This document shows, in pieces, positions 19,208-27,594 of a stretch of DNA of 64,000 bases (the stretch's first letter is position 1; each line of letters opens with the position of its first letter). Below the pieces are notes generated by a model, which was not told the DNA's origin, did no database searches, and saw only the letters and a program-made list of their open reading frames with translations. This DNA comes from Candidatus Levybacteria bacterium CG2_30_37_29. Lineage in GTDB: Bacteria; Patescibacteriota; Microgenomatia; Levybacterales; GWA1-39-11. Location of the stretch: assembly GCA_001873215.1 (NCBI GenBank), contig MNYS01000002.1, positions 28,395-92,394 on the forward strand, written 5' to 3'. The position numbers and the translations under genes were made by a program.

Positions 19208-19902
19208 GTTTTTTCTACAATTTTAATTTCAAATTCAGGAGTTAAGAGAACTTGTTTTCCAGTATGTTCATATTCAAATTTATCAGCCCTTCCTCTATAG
19301 GGATGTATAAAACTATGCTGTTCTTTAGTTGAAAGAACTTCATCATAATCTAAATCTATCGCAAGCGTATTCGGATAAAGCTGTATTATTCTCCATGTTT
19401 TAGCATCTGGCGTTACATCACCTAAATACCATATGTCCTTAACTTTAGGATTTATCTCTTTTAGTTTTTGGTTTAATTCAACGGCGGGTGGAACTACTTG
19501 GTTTCTCCTTATGTAACAGACAAGGGTAAGGTTAGGGTCAACAATTTTGTTAAGTTTTATTTTCTTTAATGCTTCTAAAAAATCTCCTTCATTATCTTCT
19601 TTTCTGTATTCAAATACTTCAAGTTTAATTTCAGGTCTTTCGCTTCCCCCTATTTTTTTGTTGTGAATAAAAGTATAGCAATAGAAATCCGGTGAACCTG
19701 ATTTTATTTCTGGCTTGAAAAACCATTCCTCTCCCGAATGGTTTTTAAGTCCGAGCAAAAACATTGCTGTTATCCAAGCTTCCCTTGTTACTTTATATTT
19801 TCTATCTGTAAAGATTGTATCTCCAATACTCAAATAGGTTCTTGCAAATAAGCGGATTGCAGTATAAGGATGTATAAGTATTTCTTCGCTTGAATTTTTC
19901 AT
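19204..19902 (-). CDS. Hypothetical protein, possible PD-(D/E)xK nuclease fold
   Basis: EA...SPDF......LEVFE arrangement. Confidence 0.45.
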   Translation of the reverse strand: MKNSSEEILIHPYTAIRLFARTYLSIGDTIFTDRKYKVTREAWITAMFLLGLKNHSGEEWFFKPEIKSGSPDFYCYTFIHNKKIGGSERPEIKLEVFEYRKEDNEGDFLEALKKIKLNKIVDPNLTLVCYIRRNQVVPPAVELNQKLKEINPKVKDIWYLGDVTPDAKTWRIIQLYPNTLAIDLDYDEVLSTKEQHSFIHPYRGRADKFEYEHTGKQVLLTPEFEIKIVEKT

Positions 19903-19933
19903 ATTGCGGCTATTTTATTATAAGGAAGAAAAT

Positions 19934-20848
19934 TTAACGAGTGGCAAGTTTTTTTAATCCTCGCTTCTGAACAAAGAGAAGTAGAAGCATCCTATTCAAA
20001 TTGGCAATATTAGCCATATCTTCTAATAGTTTTGTTTCATTCTTTACTCCACCCAAAAATCCACCTTCCCATTCTCCGCCAGCGAGTAGTCCATCATGAA
20101 GAAAGTTAGACCTTAAATTATGATAAAGTTTTTTTGTCATTTTCACGGCAGTATCAACATTTGAACCGGTAATAAGGCTTCTTATTAGCTTTTCTATTTC
20201 ACTTGCATGACTTGTTTCATGCTTTTTATTTATCTTTTCCCCACAATCAGGACATACTAAAAAAGATGAACAAATTGGTTTAGGATTATCTGCTAATTGG
20301 TTTATAGAAGACAACAAGAGTGTCATATAAAGAGTATATTTCAGATGTGGATTTGGTAATCTTTGGATATCCTCTGCCCACACAAATGTTTGCAAAGCTT
20401 TTTCAAATCTCATGAGTTCATCAGCATTGAGCTTTTGCAAGAGCTTACAGAAAAAGAATAATTTACCGACAGGATTAAGTTCATTTACTATTCCACCATA
20501 GCTTATGCCTTTTTCATAGAATGTTTGAGCTTTATATTTTTTGAATACATCTTCAAAACCATTCAGTCCAACAATATCTTGCGGTGCTGTATCTGAAGGC
20601 AAACCTGTAGTTAGAAGCAGGAGATTGCTAATTCTATAAAGATTTCTATACATGTTTGAAGAAGTAAGAGGCTTTATTGTTTCTAAATATAGAAAGGTTT
20701 TTTGTTTATCAAAAGCCCTTTTGTTATCTGGATTTCCTGCAAATAATATTGCACTTTTTATGTCAGAGTGAGGTAAAGCTACCAACTCATAATAAGGTTG
20801 TTCATTATTGTAAATATTAAGATGATATAAAAATAAGTATCTGGACAT
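19934..20848 (-). CDS. HEPN-domain protein (Apea-like) with CxxC insert
   Basis: LY..LRSNFLHDG (RxxxxH) near C-terminus; CPDC. Confidence 0.6.
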   Translation of the reverse strand: MSRYLFLYHLNIYNNEQPYYELVALPHSDIKSAILFAGNPDNKRAFDKQKTFLYLETIKPLTSSNMYRNLYRISNLLLLTTGLPSDTAPQDIVGLNGFEDVFKKYKAQTFYEKGISYGGIVNELNPVGKLFFFCKLLQKLNADELMRFEKALQTFVWAEDIQRLPNPHLKYTLYMTLLLSSINQLADNPKPICSSFLVCPDCGEKINKKHETSHASEIEKLIRSLITGSNVDTAVKMTKKLYHNLRSNFLHDGLLAGGEWEGGFLGGVKNETKLLEDMANIANLNRMLLLLFVQKRGLKKLATR

Positions 20849-20907
20849 TAGGGCTATAGCATATTTACGATGTATTATATTACAAATGAGGCTAAGATAT
20901 AATCGCT

Positions 20908-21882
20908 TTATTGCTGACAATGCAATGGAGCACCATCGCAAGCTATACCGTCTCCATCAGCATCTCTAACAGAGCACCCACATGTATTTAATTGGTATTG
21001 TGCTTCTGCACATGAAGAAATTTGGGTGCATGTTTTACTGCAGTTACAGGAATAACCACCTGTATTTTGTTGATATGTGTTATTTGTTGCAGGCGTTTGA
21101 GAGGTAGACTGACTTGCCGGCTTGGGGGTTGTTGAAGAACATGCACTCCATAACCCTTTGTTATTTGTTCTTGCTTGTTGCTCTGCTTGTCGTAATTTGT
21201 CTTGATATTTTATATCTGGCGGATAAGAAACTGCATGAGCGTATCCTTCGCTTACCAGAACTTGATTGATAAAAAGGTCTCCCATATACACATAACGCAA
21301 TAGCCTTCCATATCTGTCAGTTTCAGAAATATCCTTCTCAAGCCCTACAATACCATTTCCAACGAGTTCTTGGTTCTTTGCTGATGCTTCTTTACCATAA
21401 CATTGAACTGATTTTCTTGGGTCAACAGTTTCAGGGGTATCAATTCCTATATATCTAACGGTTTTCTTGTTGCCATTTCCTAAATCTACCTCAATGGTAT
21501 CTCCGTCAATTATTCTTATTACCCGAGCAAGCACTATATTTGCATTTGCCGGTGCAGTTTGTGGTTTCCATGTTGGAGTGGGAGAAGTATCTGATATAGA
21601 AGGCTTAGTAGCTTGAGATTGATTAAAATCTACCTTTTCTTCTTGTTTTTGTGCTTGCTTAGGAGTAGTTGAAGATAAACCTGCCACCCATGCACTGCCT
21701 ATAAAAAGTGTCAATAAGGCAATAAGAGCAATTACTCCATATTTTGCCTTCTTATTTCCTATCTTCTTATACGCAAAATAACCCGCACCAATTCCAATTA
21801 CAAAAGGAAGGAATGGTAGAGCGAGAATACCTATAGCAGGAACTGTGAGAAATTTTCTTTTACCTATAAATAATTTCTTCAT
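20908..21882 (-). CDS. Membrane-anchored thermonuclease (SNase) with Excalibur-like C-terminal domain
   Basis: IDGDTI, VRYIGIDTPE, DRYGRLL.YV, A.....GLW; C-terminal D.DGDGIAC. Confidence 0.9.
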   Translation of the reverse strand: MKKLFIGKRKFLTVPAIGILALPFLPFVIGIGAGYFAYKKIGNKKAKYGVIALIALLTLFIGSAWVAGLSSTTPKQAQKQEEKVDFNQSQATKPSISDTSPTPTWKPQTAPANANIVLARVIRIIDGDTIEVDLGNGNKKTVRYIGIDTPETVDPRKSVQCYGKEASAKNQELVGNGIVGLEKDISETDRYGRLLRYVYMGDLFINQVLVSEGYAHAVSYPPDIKYQDKLRQAEQQARTNNKGLWSACSSTTPKPASQSTSQTPATNNTYQQNTGGYSCNCSKTCTQISSCAEAQYQLNTCGCSVRDADGDGIACDGAPLHCQQ

Positions 21883-21928
21883 GCTTGGGAAGTATTATAC
21901 TACTAACAATGCGGATGTTTAATTTGTT

Positions 21929-22636
21929 TTATAACGAATTGCTAGGTTTAGTTCCCAGAAATACTAAACTAAAACCATTTTTCACATATACACAACCTAC
22001 ATTAAAATCACCGAGAATAATTTCTTTAGTTCCATCTTTCTTATCTCGAAGAAACTCAATAGCTCTGTCTGCTGTCTTGGTAATCACCCATAACTCTGTC
22101 ATTGGAGCATATTGGTTTAGTCCTGCATTTTCTACCCATTGGTCAAAACTTTCTTGCTGATTATTTGGGTCTTTTTTCAAGATTTGATATCTGCTCTCTA
22201 ACTTATTACAGATTGATGGCTCTAAAATAATAGGTTCCACATCATGTTTTTTCCTATACTCGTTTAATTTTCCAAATACTTCATTACTTGTAAATTCCCA
22301 TTCTTTGGGGGCTGTAGAGCTTACTGGATATTGTTGTTTGAATTGAACGGCATTTACAAAAATGTAAATTCCAAAAAGTAGAAAAATTGCAAATATAATT
22401 TTTGAAGCTATGCTTTTTATGCTAAATTTCTTTGAAAGAATAGGTTTTGCAAGGAAAAAAAAGATAATTACAGATAAAATGAGAACCGAAAATTTATCAA
22501 GCACATATCCTCCGCTTGTAAACTGTTGAGCTTCTACGCTTCTATCAAGAGTATTGTAAGTAAAAAGAAGCCAAACATATAGAGCACCTACAAAAGCTAG
22601 AATTCTTAATACCGGTTTTATTATTTTTCTAAACAT
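21929..22636 (-). CDS. Membrane protein with CAP-like domain
   Basis: 3 TMs then LNEYRK..V.P.....C and ..GCV C-terminus. Confidence 0.55.
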   Translation of the reverse strand: MFRKIIKPVLRILAFVGALYVWLLFTYNTLDRSVEAQQFTSGGYVLDKFSVLILSVIIFFFLAKPILSKKFSIKSIASKIIFAIFLLFGIYIFVNAVQFKQQYPVSSTAPKEWEFTSNEVFGKLNEYRKKHDVEPIILEPSICNKLESRYQILKKDPNNQQESFDQWVENAGLNQYAPMTELWVITKTADRAIEFLRDKKDGTKEIILGDFNVGCVYVKNGFSLVFLGTKPSNSL

Positions 22637-22640
22637 TTTA

Positions 22641-22949
22641 CTATAGTTTTCTTATCCATTCGTATAATAACCCAAAGGGTATAATTGATATATCCTCTAT
22701 TTTACTTCTAAAAATTATCATTATGACCCAAGATAAAATTACAATTTTCCAATCAAAGAAAAAGAAAATTATAGTTGAGACAATAAATGCAATCATTACT
22801 AGAACAAATAGCAACTGAATAATCAAGGAGTTGAGCAGGAGAGGTCTTTCAAAAGCATGTGTCTTGCCATATCTTCCATAATATGAAGTGCAACCGGAAA
22901 AGAATAAATACATTACACTTAGTGCTATAAATTCTATATTCATACTCAT
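22641..22949 (-). CDS. Small membrane protein
   Basis: Hydrophobic 102 aa ORF, co-oriented with neighbours. Confidence 0.6.
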   Translation of the reverse strand: MSMNIEFIALSVMYLFFSGCTSYYGRYGKTHAFERPLLLNSLIIQLLFVLVMIAFIVSTIIFFFFDWKIVILSWVIMIIFRSKIEDISIIPFGLLYEWIRKL

Positions 22950-23061
22950 CTAATGTATTTAAATTATAGCTTATCTTAATCAATTTACAAGGCGAGTATT
23001 AAGGTTAAAAGGGCTATATAAAGACAATTTGAATGTTTAGGTTAATGGAAAATAGCAGTAT

Positions 23062-23286
23062 ATGGCTTATTATTATACTGCTAAAATTAGAGAGGAGATT
23101 GGCAAAAATATACAAAGGTCTAGAAAAAGAAAAGGATTGAAACAGGTTGATGTAGCTGTAGATGCGGGAATAAACACAAGCTATTATGGGAAAATAGAAA
23201 GGGGAATTGTCAACCCTTCTCTTGAAAAACTTTTTAGAATAATTAAATCTCTAAAAGTTAAATCCTCTGATATACTCCCTTTTTAG
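23062..23286 (+). CDS. XRE-family HTH regulator
   Basis: IG.NI...R...GL.Q.DVA..AGI...YYG.IERG..NPSL. Confidence 0.92.
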   Translation: MAYYYTAKIREEIGKNIQRSRKRKGLKQVDVAVDAGINTSYYGKIERGIVNPSLEKLFRIIKSLKVKSSDILPF

Positions 23287-23351
23287 TGGGAAAGTGTGAG
23301 TAAATACTCTGTATATCCCTATATGAATAAGGTGTTTACAGTAGGGAGCGT

Positions 23352-23777
23352 CTAGCTACGCCCCAACGTTTGTAGAAGCATTTCTTCTAGATGACCCTTT
23401 ACCTGCTCCACAAAGGCATGAAGGTTCTGATAGTCCTTCCAAACAATCCTTTTGACACCCTTTGCTTCTAGCTCTTGGTTATAAGGGGGTATAGAGGATA
23501 TGCCTATTATTTTATTAGGCGGGTATTTATTAAAGTCTAAGACATGAAAGCTTCCTGATGCAAAGCAATCACGGTCAAGAAGTATTATGTCAAATACATT
23601 CCTTGATACTTTATTTAGGTATTCTTCTACCTGCGTATATTCAGAAAGAACTGTAATTGCTATGGATAATCTATCCTCAAAGTGTTTTTGAAGCTTATAC
23701 AGGCATTGTAGAAGCAGAGAAAGGGTTTCCACATCGTCCTCCAACAGGAGTATTCGTATGTCTTTTAGCCTACCCAT
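23352..23777 (-). CDS. Stand-alone receiver-like domain protein
   Basis: ILLLEDD, FDIILLDRD, IIGISS, K. Confidence 0.7.
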   Translation of the reverse strand: MGRLKDIRILLLEDDVETLSLLLQCLYKLQKHFEDRLSIAITVLSEYTQVEEYLNKVSRNVFDIILLDRDCFASGSFHVLDFNKYPPNKIIGISSIPPYNQELEAKGVKRIVWKDYQNLHAFVEQVKGHLEEMLLQTLGRS

Positions 23778-23928
23778 CTTATCTAAAATATAGCTTACCT
23801 TTACTTATTAAACAAGGTAGGATGGGGGGCTGGACACAAACCCTATTTGATTTATGACAAGAATATAATAAATAGTGGCGAGCATTGGCGTGTAAAAAAT
23901 ATAGGCTAAATGGTAAAATAGAGCTAAT

Positions 23929-24606
23929 GTGAATATGAATGACAATAGTTTATTTTTAGGTTTATCTCCTCATGCGGATGCTGTTAAAAGTTTAAGCAAT
24001 GAGAATTTAGAATTACTTGATAAGACTGTTCGGGAAATTTTGCGGAAAAACGAACTATCAGCTTTTCAGGAAATAACATTTGATGCCGACCCAAATACAA
24101 AAGAAACAGTGGATTATCTCAATAGGCATATTCTTCATAAAAATATCAATACAAATTCGGAGCGGATAATTTTAGACCTTTCAGAAGAAGATATAGAAGC
24201 CTTGTATAGGTGTAGTCAAGCAATAAAGGATGAGAAAGAAAAGAGGCAGATAATAAGCCCATTAAATAATGCAGGCGTAGATAAAATAAAAATCCCTGCT
24301 GGATGGACGCTAGAAGAAGATGAAAAAGGTAGGGCTTTCCTTAACAGGAATGGAAAAGTTATGTTTGAATTCAAGCATAATTGGACAAATAAGTATAAAT
24401 ACTTTAAGGTAATGTGGGAAAATTATGGTCAAAAGGTTGATTATAAAATTGTCTACGAGTTTCGTTCAAAGCTAATCTACCCGGAAAAGGGTGTATCCAA
24501 ATTCAATAGTAACATGCGAAACACCATAAATAAATTAAGAAAAGAAATGAAACATTTACCTATTAAAATTAAAACATCAAAGGGTTTTCAACTCCTTATA
24601 AGATAA
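23929..24606 (+). CDS. Hypothetical protein with C-terminal winged-helix (OmpR-like) domain
   Basis: C-terminus MRNTINKLRK...IKT.KGF.L resembles OmpR/ToxR wHTH. Confidence 0.55.
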   Translation: MNMNDNSLFLGLSPHADAVKSLSNENLELLDKTVREILRKNELSAFQEITFDADPNTKETVDYLNRHILHKNINTNSERIILDLSEEDIEALYRCSQAIKDEKEKRQIISPLNNAGVDKIKIPAGWTLEEDEKGRAFLNRNGKVMFEFKHNWTNKYKYFKVMWENYGQKVDYKIVYEFRSKLIYPEKGVSKFNSNMRNTINKLRKEMKHLPIKIKTSKGFQLLIR

Positions 24607-24620
24607 ACTACCCCCGAAAA

Positions 24621-24677
24621 GCTCTTAAAAGCTCTATTTCGCTCTAATAGACAGGCTCTAATTGTGCCCTTTATATT
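24621..24677 (+). promoter_or_regulatory. Phased GCTCT direct repeats plus -10 box before element core operon
   Basis: GCTCT at 24621, 24631, 24641 (10-bp period) and 24655; TATATT 6 nt before ATG 24684. Confidence 0.55.
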
Positions 24678-24683
24678 AAGCTC

Positions 24684-24929
24684 ATGATTATAAATGATAA
24701 TAAAAATCATTTCCAAACTTCAGATTTAGCATTAGCTTCTTTTCTGTCCCTTACCTACCCTATTGAAAAGATAGATAAATCAAACCCCAAACGGGCAGAA
24801 TTTGTCTTTAAGAACCCTGAAGAACTACATAATCTGATTGATACCTATTGGCAAGGTAAGGCAAGAGTTGAACCACAAGTATTCTTCAATCAATTAAAAA
24901 TTGTAAAAGCTCGTTTATATGGAGAATAA
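24684..24929 (+). CDS. DUF5659-like protein
   Basis: F.TSDL.LA.FL....I..ID..NP.R..FVF....Y......VEP..FF..LK..K.RLY. Confidence 0.7.
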   Translation: MIINDNKNHFQTSDLALASFLSLTYPIEKIDKSNPKRAEFVFKNPEELHNLIDTYWQGKARVEPQVFFNQLKIVKARLYGE

Positions 24930-24933
24930 ATTT

Positions 24934-25080
24934 ATGTTGAGTAAGCCTTTATTAGAAGAACTAAGACAAATAATGAAAAGAAAGTATAGTTTGGAGCTTA
25001 ACGATAAAGAGCTTTTTGAGTTTGCCAACTCACTTGTAGGCTATTTTGACTTACTCTTGAAAGGAAGTCTAAGAAAATAA
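24934..25080 (+). CDS. Small element protein (48 aa), not in ORF track
   Basis: MLSKPLLEELRQIMKRKYSLELNDKELFEFANSLVGYFDLLLKGSLRK*; tightly packed between neighbours. Confidence 0.7.
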   Translation: MLSKPLLEELRQIMKRKYSLELNDKELFEFANSLVGYFDLLLKGSLRK

Positions 25081-25082
25081 GT

Positions 25083-25814
25083 ATGGCAAAAGCACGAATG
25101 CTACATAAAAAGATTTCTGTTTCAACACAGGTAAATAAACTTTACTTACCCGCAAGGCTTCTTTTTACATGGATGATTGCACACGCAGATGATGAAGGTA
25201 GGTTGAAAGGAGATGCAGATTACATAAGGGCGATTGTTGTCCCAATGACAAAGTGGTCTTTCAAAAAGATAGGAAATTATCTTGAAGAAATAAAAAACGC
25301 AGGACTTATTTATTACTGGCAACAAAATGGTGAGTGGTTTGTAGAATTTATAAAATGGCGAGAGCATCAAAGCATAAGAAGTGATAGATATATTTCTTCA
25401 TTGCTACCCTCATTTATGAAAGGGACTGATGACAAATTGGCTACCAATAGTCAACCGGATGACAACCAAAAGCCTACTCAAGATAATATAGTTCAATCCA
25501 AAATAAAACAAGAGAATTTTAATAAAAGCGAATATAAGGAAGACGCCGATAAAACATCTAAAGTCATAAACCCTAGAACCTTTACACCAAGCAATGATGG
25601 AGAGAGTATTGCCTTAGAAACATATAAGCGGTTAGAACCGAATAACCCATTTGCATTTCAAGCTACCTATCTAAAGGCTCTAAAAAGAGGTTTGCCTCTA
25701 CATTTGTTCGGTGAATTCGCTAGTCAAATAGAACAAGATAACTCTGTTAAAAATCGGGGTGCAGTGTTTAATATAAAAGTTGATGAATACTTTGAAAACA
25801 GAGTTCGGAAATAG
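25083..25814 (+). CDS. Replication initiator-like protein (phage replisome-organiser type N-terminal wHTH)
   Basis: ARM..K.I..S......ARLLF.W.I.HADD.GR...L......GLI..W.......W..HQ, then low-complexity linker. Confidence 0.7.
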   Translation: MAKARMLHKKISVSTQVNKLYLPARLLFTWMIAHADDEGRLKGDADYIRAIVVPMTKWSFKKIGNYLEEIKNAGLIYYWQQNGEWFVEFIKWREHQSIRSDRYISSLLPSFMKGTDDKLATNSQPDDNQKPTQDNIVQSKIKQENFNKSEYKEDADKTSKVINPRTFTPSNDGESIALETYKRLEPNNPFAFQATYLKALKRGLPLHLFGEFASQIEQDNSVKNRGAVFNIKVDEYFENRVRK

Positions 25815-25863
25815 TCCTATGAGCCTTATTGCAAAACAAAATAAAAGAGGGATAATTAAGAAA

Positions 25864-27408
25864 ATGAGAATGAAAATAGTATCATTTGCCAGAGTTTCTA
25901 CAAGAGAGCAGGCAGAGGAAGGCTACTCTTTGCCTGCCCAAGAGAAACTACTCAACGAGTATTCTTTCCGACATAGCGATTGGGTAAATATCAAACACTT
26001 TGCAGTTCCTGAAAGTGCATCCGGAAAGCAAGAGAGGAAAGTGTTTAACATACTTTTGGATTACCTAGATACACATAAAGATATTAAAGTTCTTCTTTGT
26101 GAAAAAGTTGATAGAATTTCTAGAAATTTTAAGGATGCGGTTAGGCTTGACGAATGGTTAAATGAAGACGAAGAAAGACAAATACATTTTGTTAAACAAA
26201 ATCTAGTAATACATAAAAACTCCCGTTCCCACGAAAAATTCCAATGGGATATGTATATTGCTCTTGCAAGGCAATATAGCAACAACCTTTCAGAAGAAAC
26301 AAAAAAAGGTCTTTATGAGAAAGCAGAGCAAGGTTGGTTTCCGGGCAATCACAAGAGGGGGTATAAGTGTATTGGAGATAGAGGACATAAAATATGGGAG
26401 ATAGACCAAGAAAAACCAGACGCAAAGTATATTGAGATGGGATTTGTCTTATTCAACACAGGTAACTTTACATTACGAACACTTGCAGTTGAGCTATTTA
26501 AGCAAGGATGGAGTGTTAAAACTAAACCTATTTCAATAAGTGAGCTTCACAAACTTTTAACTGACCCCTTCTATTGCGGTGAGTTTATTTTTAGAGGGAA
26601 GCATTATAAGAATGGTAAGCATCAGCCTTTAGTTTCCCAAGAACTCTTTTATAGCGTTCAAGAGCGTTTGCAACGCAAAGTAAAAGCAGGTAAATACAGA
26701 AAGCATCATTTTCTTTTTGGTGGTGGTTTAGCTACCTGTGGCGAATGTGAAAGAACAATTACATGGGAGCTTCAAAAAGGACACCATTATGGGCGTTGCA
26801 CGAAACACAAGACAAGCTGTTCCCAAAAAGCATATACAAGAGAAGAAGATGTCCAAGGACAAGTTCTTACATACCTAGATAAATTAAGAATTGATGACCC
26901 TGAATTACTTGAATGGGTTAGGAAAGCCTTAAAAGAAGCACACAGGGCAGGAAGCGAATATCATGAAGATATTGTTAAAGAACTTGATACACAATATCTT
27001 AGGGTCAAGAATAGGTTGGATGTTCTCTATGATGATAGAGCTGATGGTCTGATTTCAAAAGACCAATACGAATATAAAAAAGGTCAATACGAAAAGCAAC
27101 TAAACGACATTGTAGAGGCAAAGCAAAAACACTGCAAGGCAAATATAGACTACATGAGATTAGGAATAAACATTTTTGAACTTGCACAAAGGGGGCGTGA
27201 AATCTACGAAAAGAAACTCTTAATGGAAGAAAAGAAGGAGCTACTCAACTTTGTATTTTTGAACCTTAAAATCAGGGATAAAAAGGTCATTCCTAGCTTC
27301 AAAAATGGGTTTGAAGTGGTGGCAAAGCGGGCAGAAGATGGGAATTGGCTGGGAGTCAGGGATTCGAACCCCAATAAACAGGTCCAGAACCTGTTGTCCT
27401 ACCATTAG
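25864..27408 (+). CDS. Large serine recombinase (resolvase + recombinase + Zn-ribbon + coiled coil)
   Basis: ARVST.EQ..EGYSL.AQ, DRISRN, G.FPG...GY, Y.G, H.PLVS..LF..VQ, CGEC..C..C; last ~20 aa encoded by the tRNA antisense strand. Confidence 0.93.
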   Translation: MRMKIVSFARVSTREQAEEGYSLPAQEKLLNEYSFRHSDWVNIKHFAVPESASGKQERKVFNILLDYLDTHKDIKVLLCEKVDRISRNFKDAVRLDEWLNEDEERQIHFVKQNLVIHKNSRSHEKFQWDMYIALARQYSNNLSEETKKGLYEKAEQGWFPGNHKRGYKCIGDRGHKIWEIDQEKPDAKYIEMGFVLFNTGNFTLRTLAVELFKQGWSVKTKPISISELHKLLTDPFYCGEFIFRGKHYKNGKHQPLVSQELFYSVQERLQRKVKAGKYRKHHFLFGGGLATCGECERTITWELQKGHHYGRCTKHKTSCSQKAYTREEDVQGQVLTYLDKLRIDDPELLEWVRKALKEAHRAGSEYHEDIVKELDTQYLRVKNRLDVLYDDRADGLISKDQYEYKKGQYEKQLNDIVEAKQKHCKANIDYMRLGINIFELAQRGREIYEKKLLMEEKKELLNFVFLNLKIRDKKVIPSFKNGFEVVAKRAEDGNWLGVRDSNPNKQVQNLLSYH

Positions 27409-27419
27409 ACGAACTCCCA
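27346..27419 (-). tRNA. tRNA-Gln (anticodon CTG), CCA encoded
   Basis: TGGGAGTTCGTCTAATGGTAGGACAACAGGTTCTGGACCTGT..GGTTCGAATCC..CTCCCAGCCA cloverleaf. Confidence 0.95.
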
Positions 27420-27546
27420 ATGTGTGTTTATTTTACTAAAAACTGAACTTATTTGCTACGGGATATTGATTATTGCATATGCTTAAACTATACTAAGTCT
27501 CACCTCAGAATTTATTTTGATATACTTGACCCTGAAAAGATCGGGG

Positions 27547-27580
27547 TTGACAATTAGCAATAGGGATGCTAAACTGCTAA
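27547..27580 (+). promoter_or_regulatory. lon promoter overlapped by CIRCE-like inverted repeat
   Basis: TTGACA(27547)-17-TAAACT(27570); TTAGCAATA-N9-AACTGCTAA at 27554-27580 has CIRCE length and outer arms. Confidence 0.65.
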
Positions 27581-27594
27581 TACACTTTTAATAC

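Larger units (their letters stand above)
18044..27352. mobile_element. ~9.3-kb integrative element (large serine recombinase) inserted at 3' end of tRNA-Gln
   Basis: Direct core TTGGCTGG at 18044-18051 and 27345-27352; recombinase, Rep-like, XRE and DUF5659-like genes; recombinase ORF reads into the tRNA. Confidence 0.75.

Noticed and set aside
18044-27352. Complete prophage or conjugative ICE
   Set aside because: No terminase, portal, major capsid, tail, relaxase or T4SS genes recognised.
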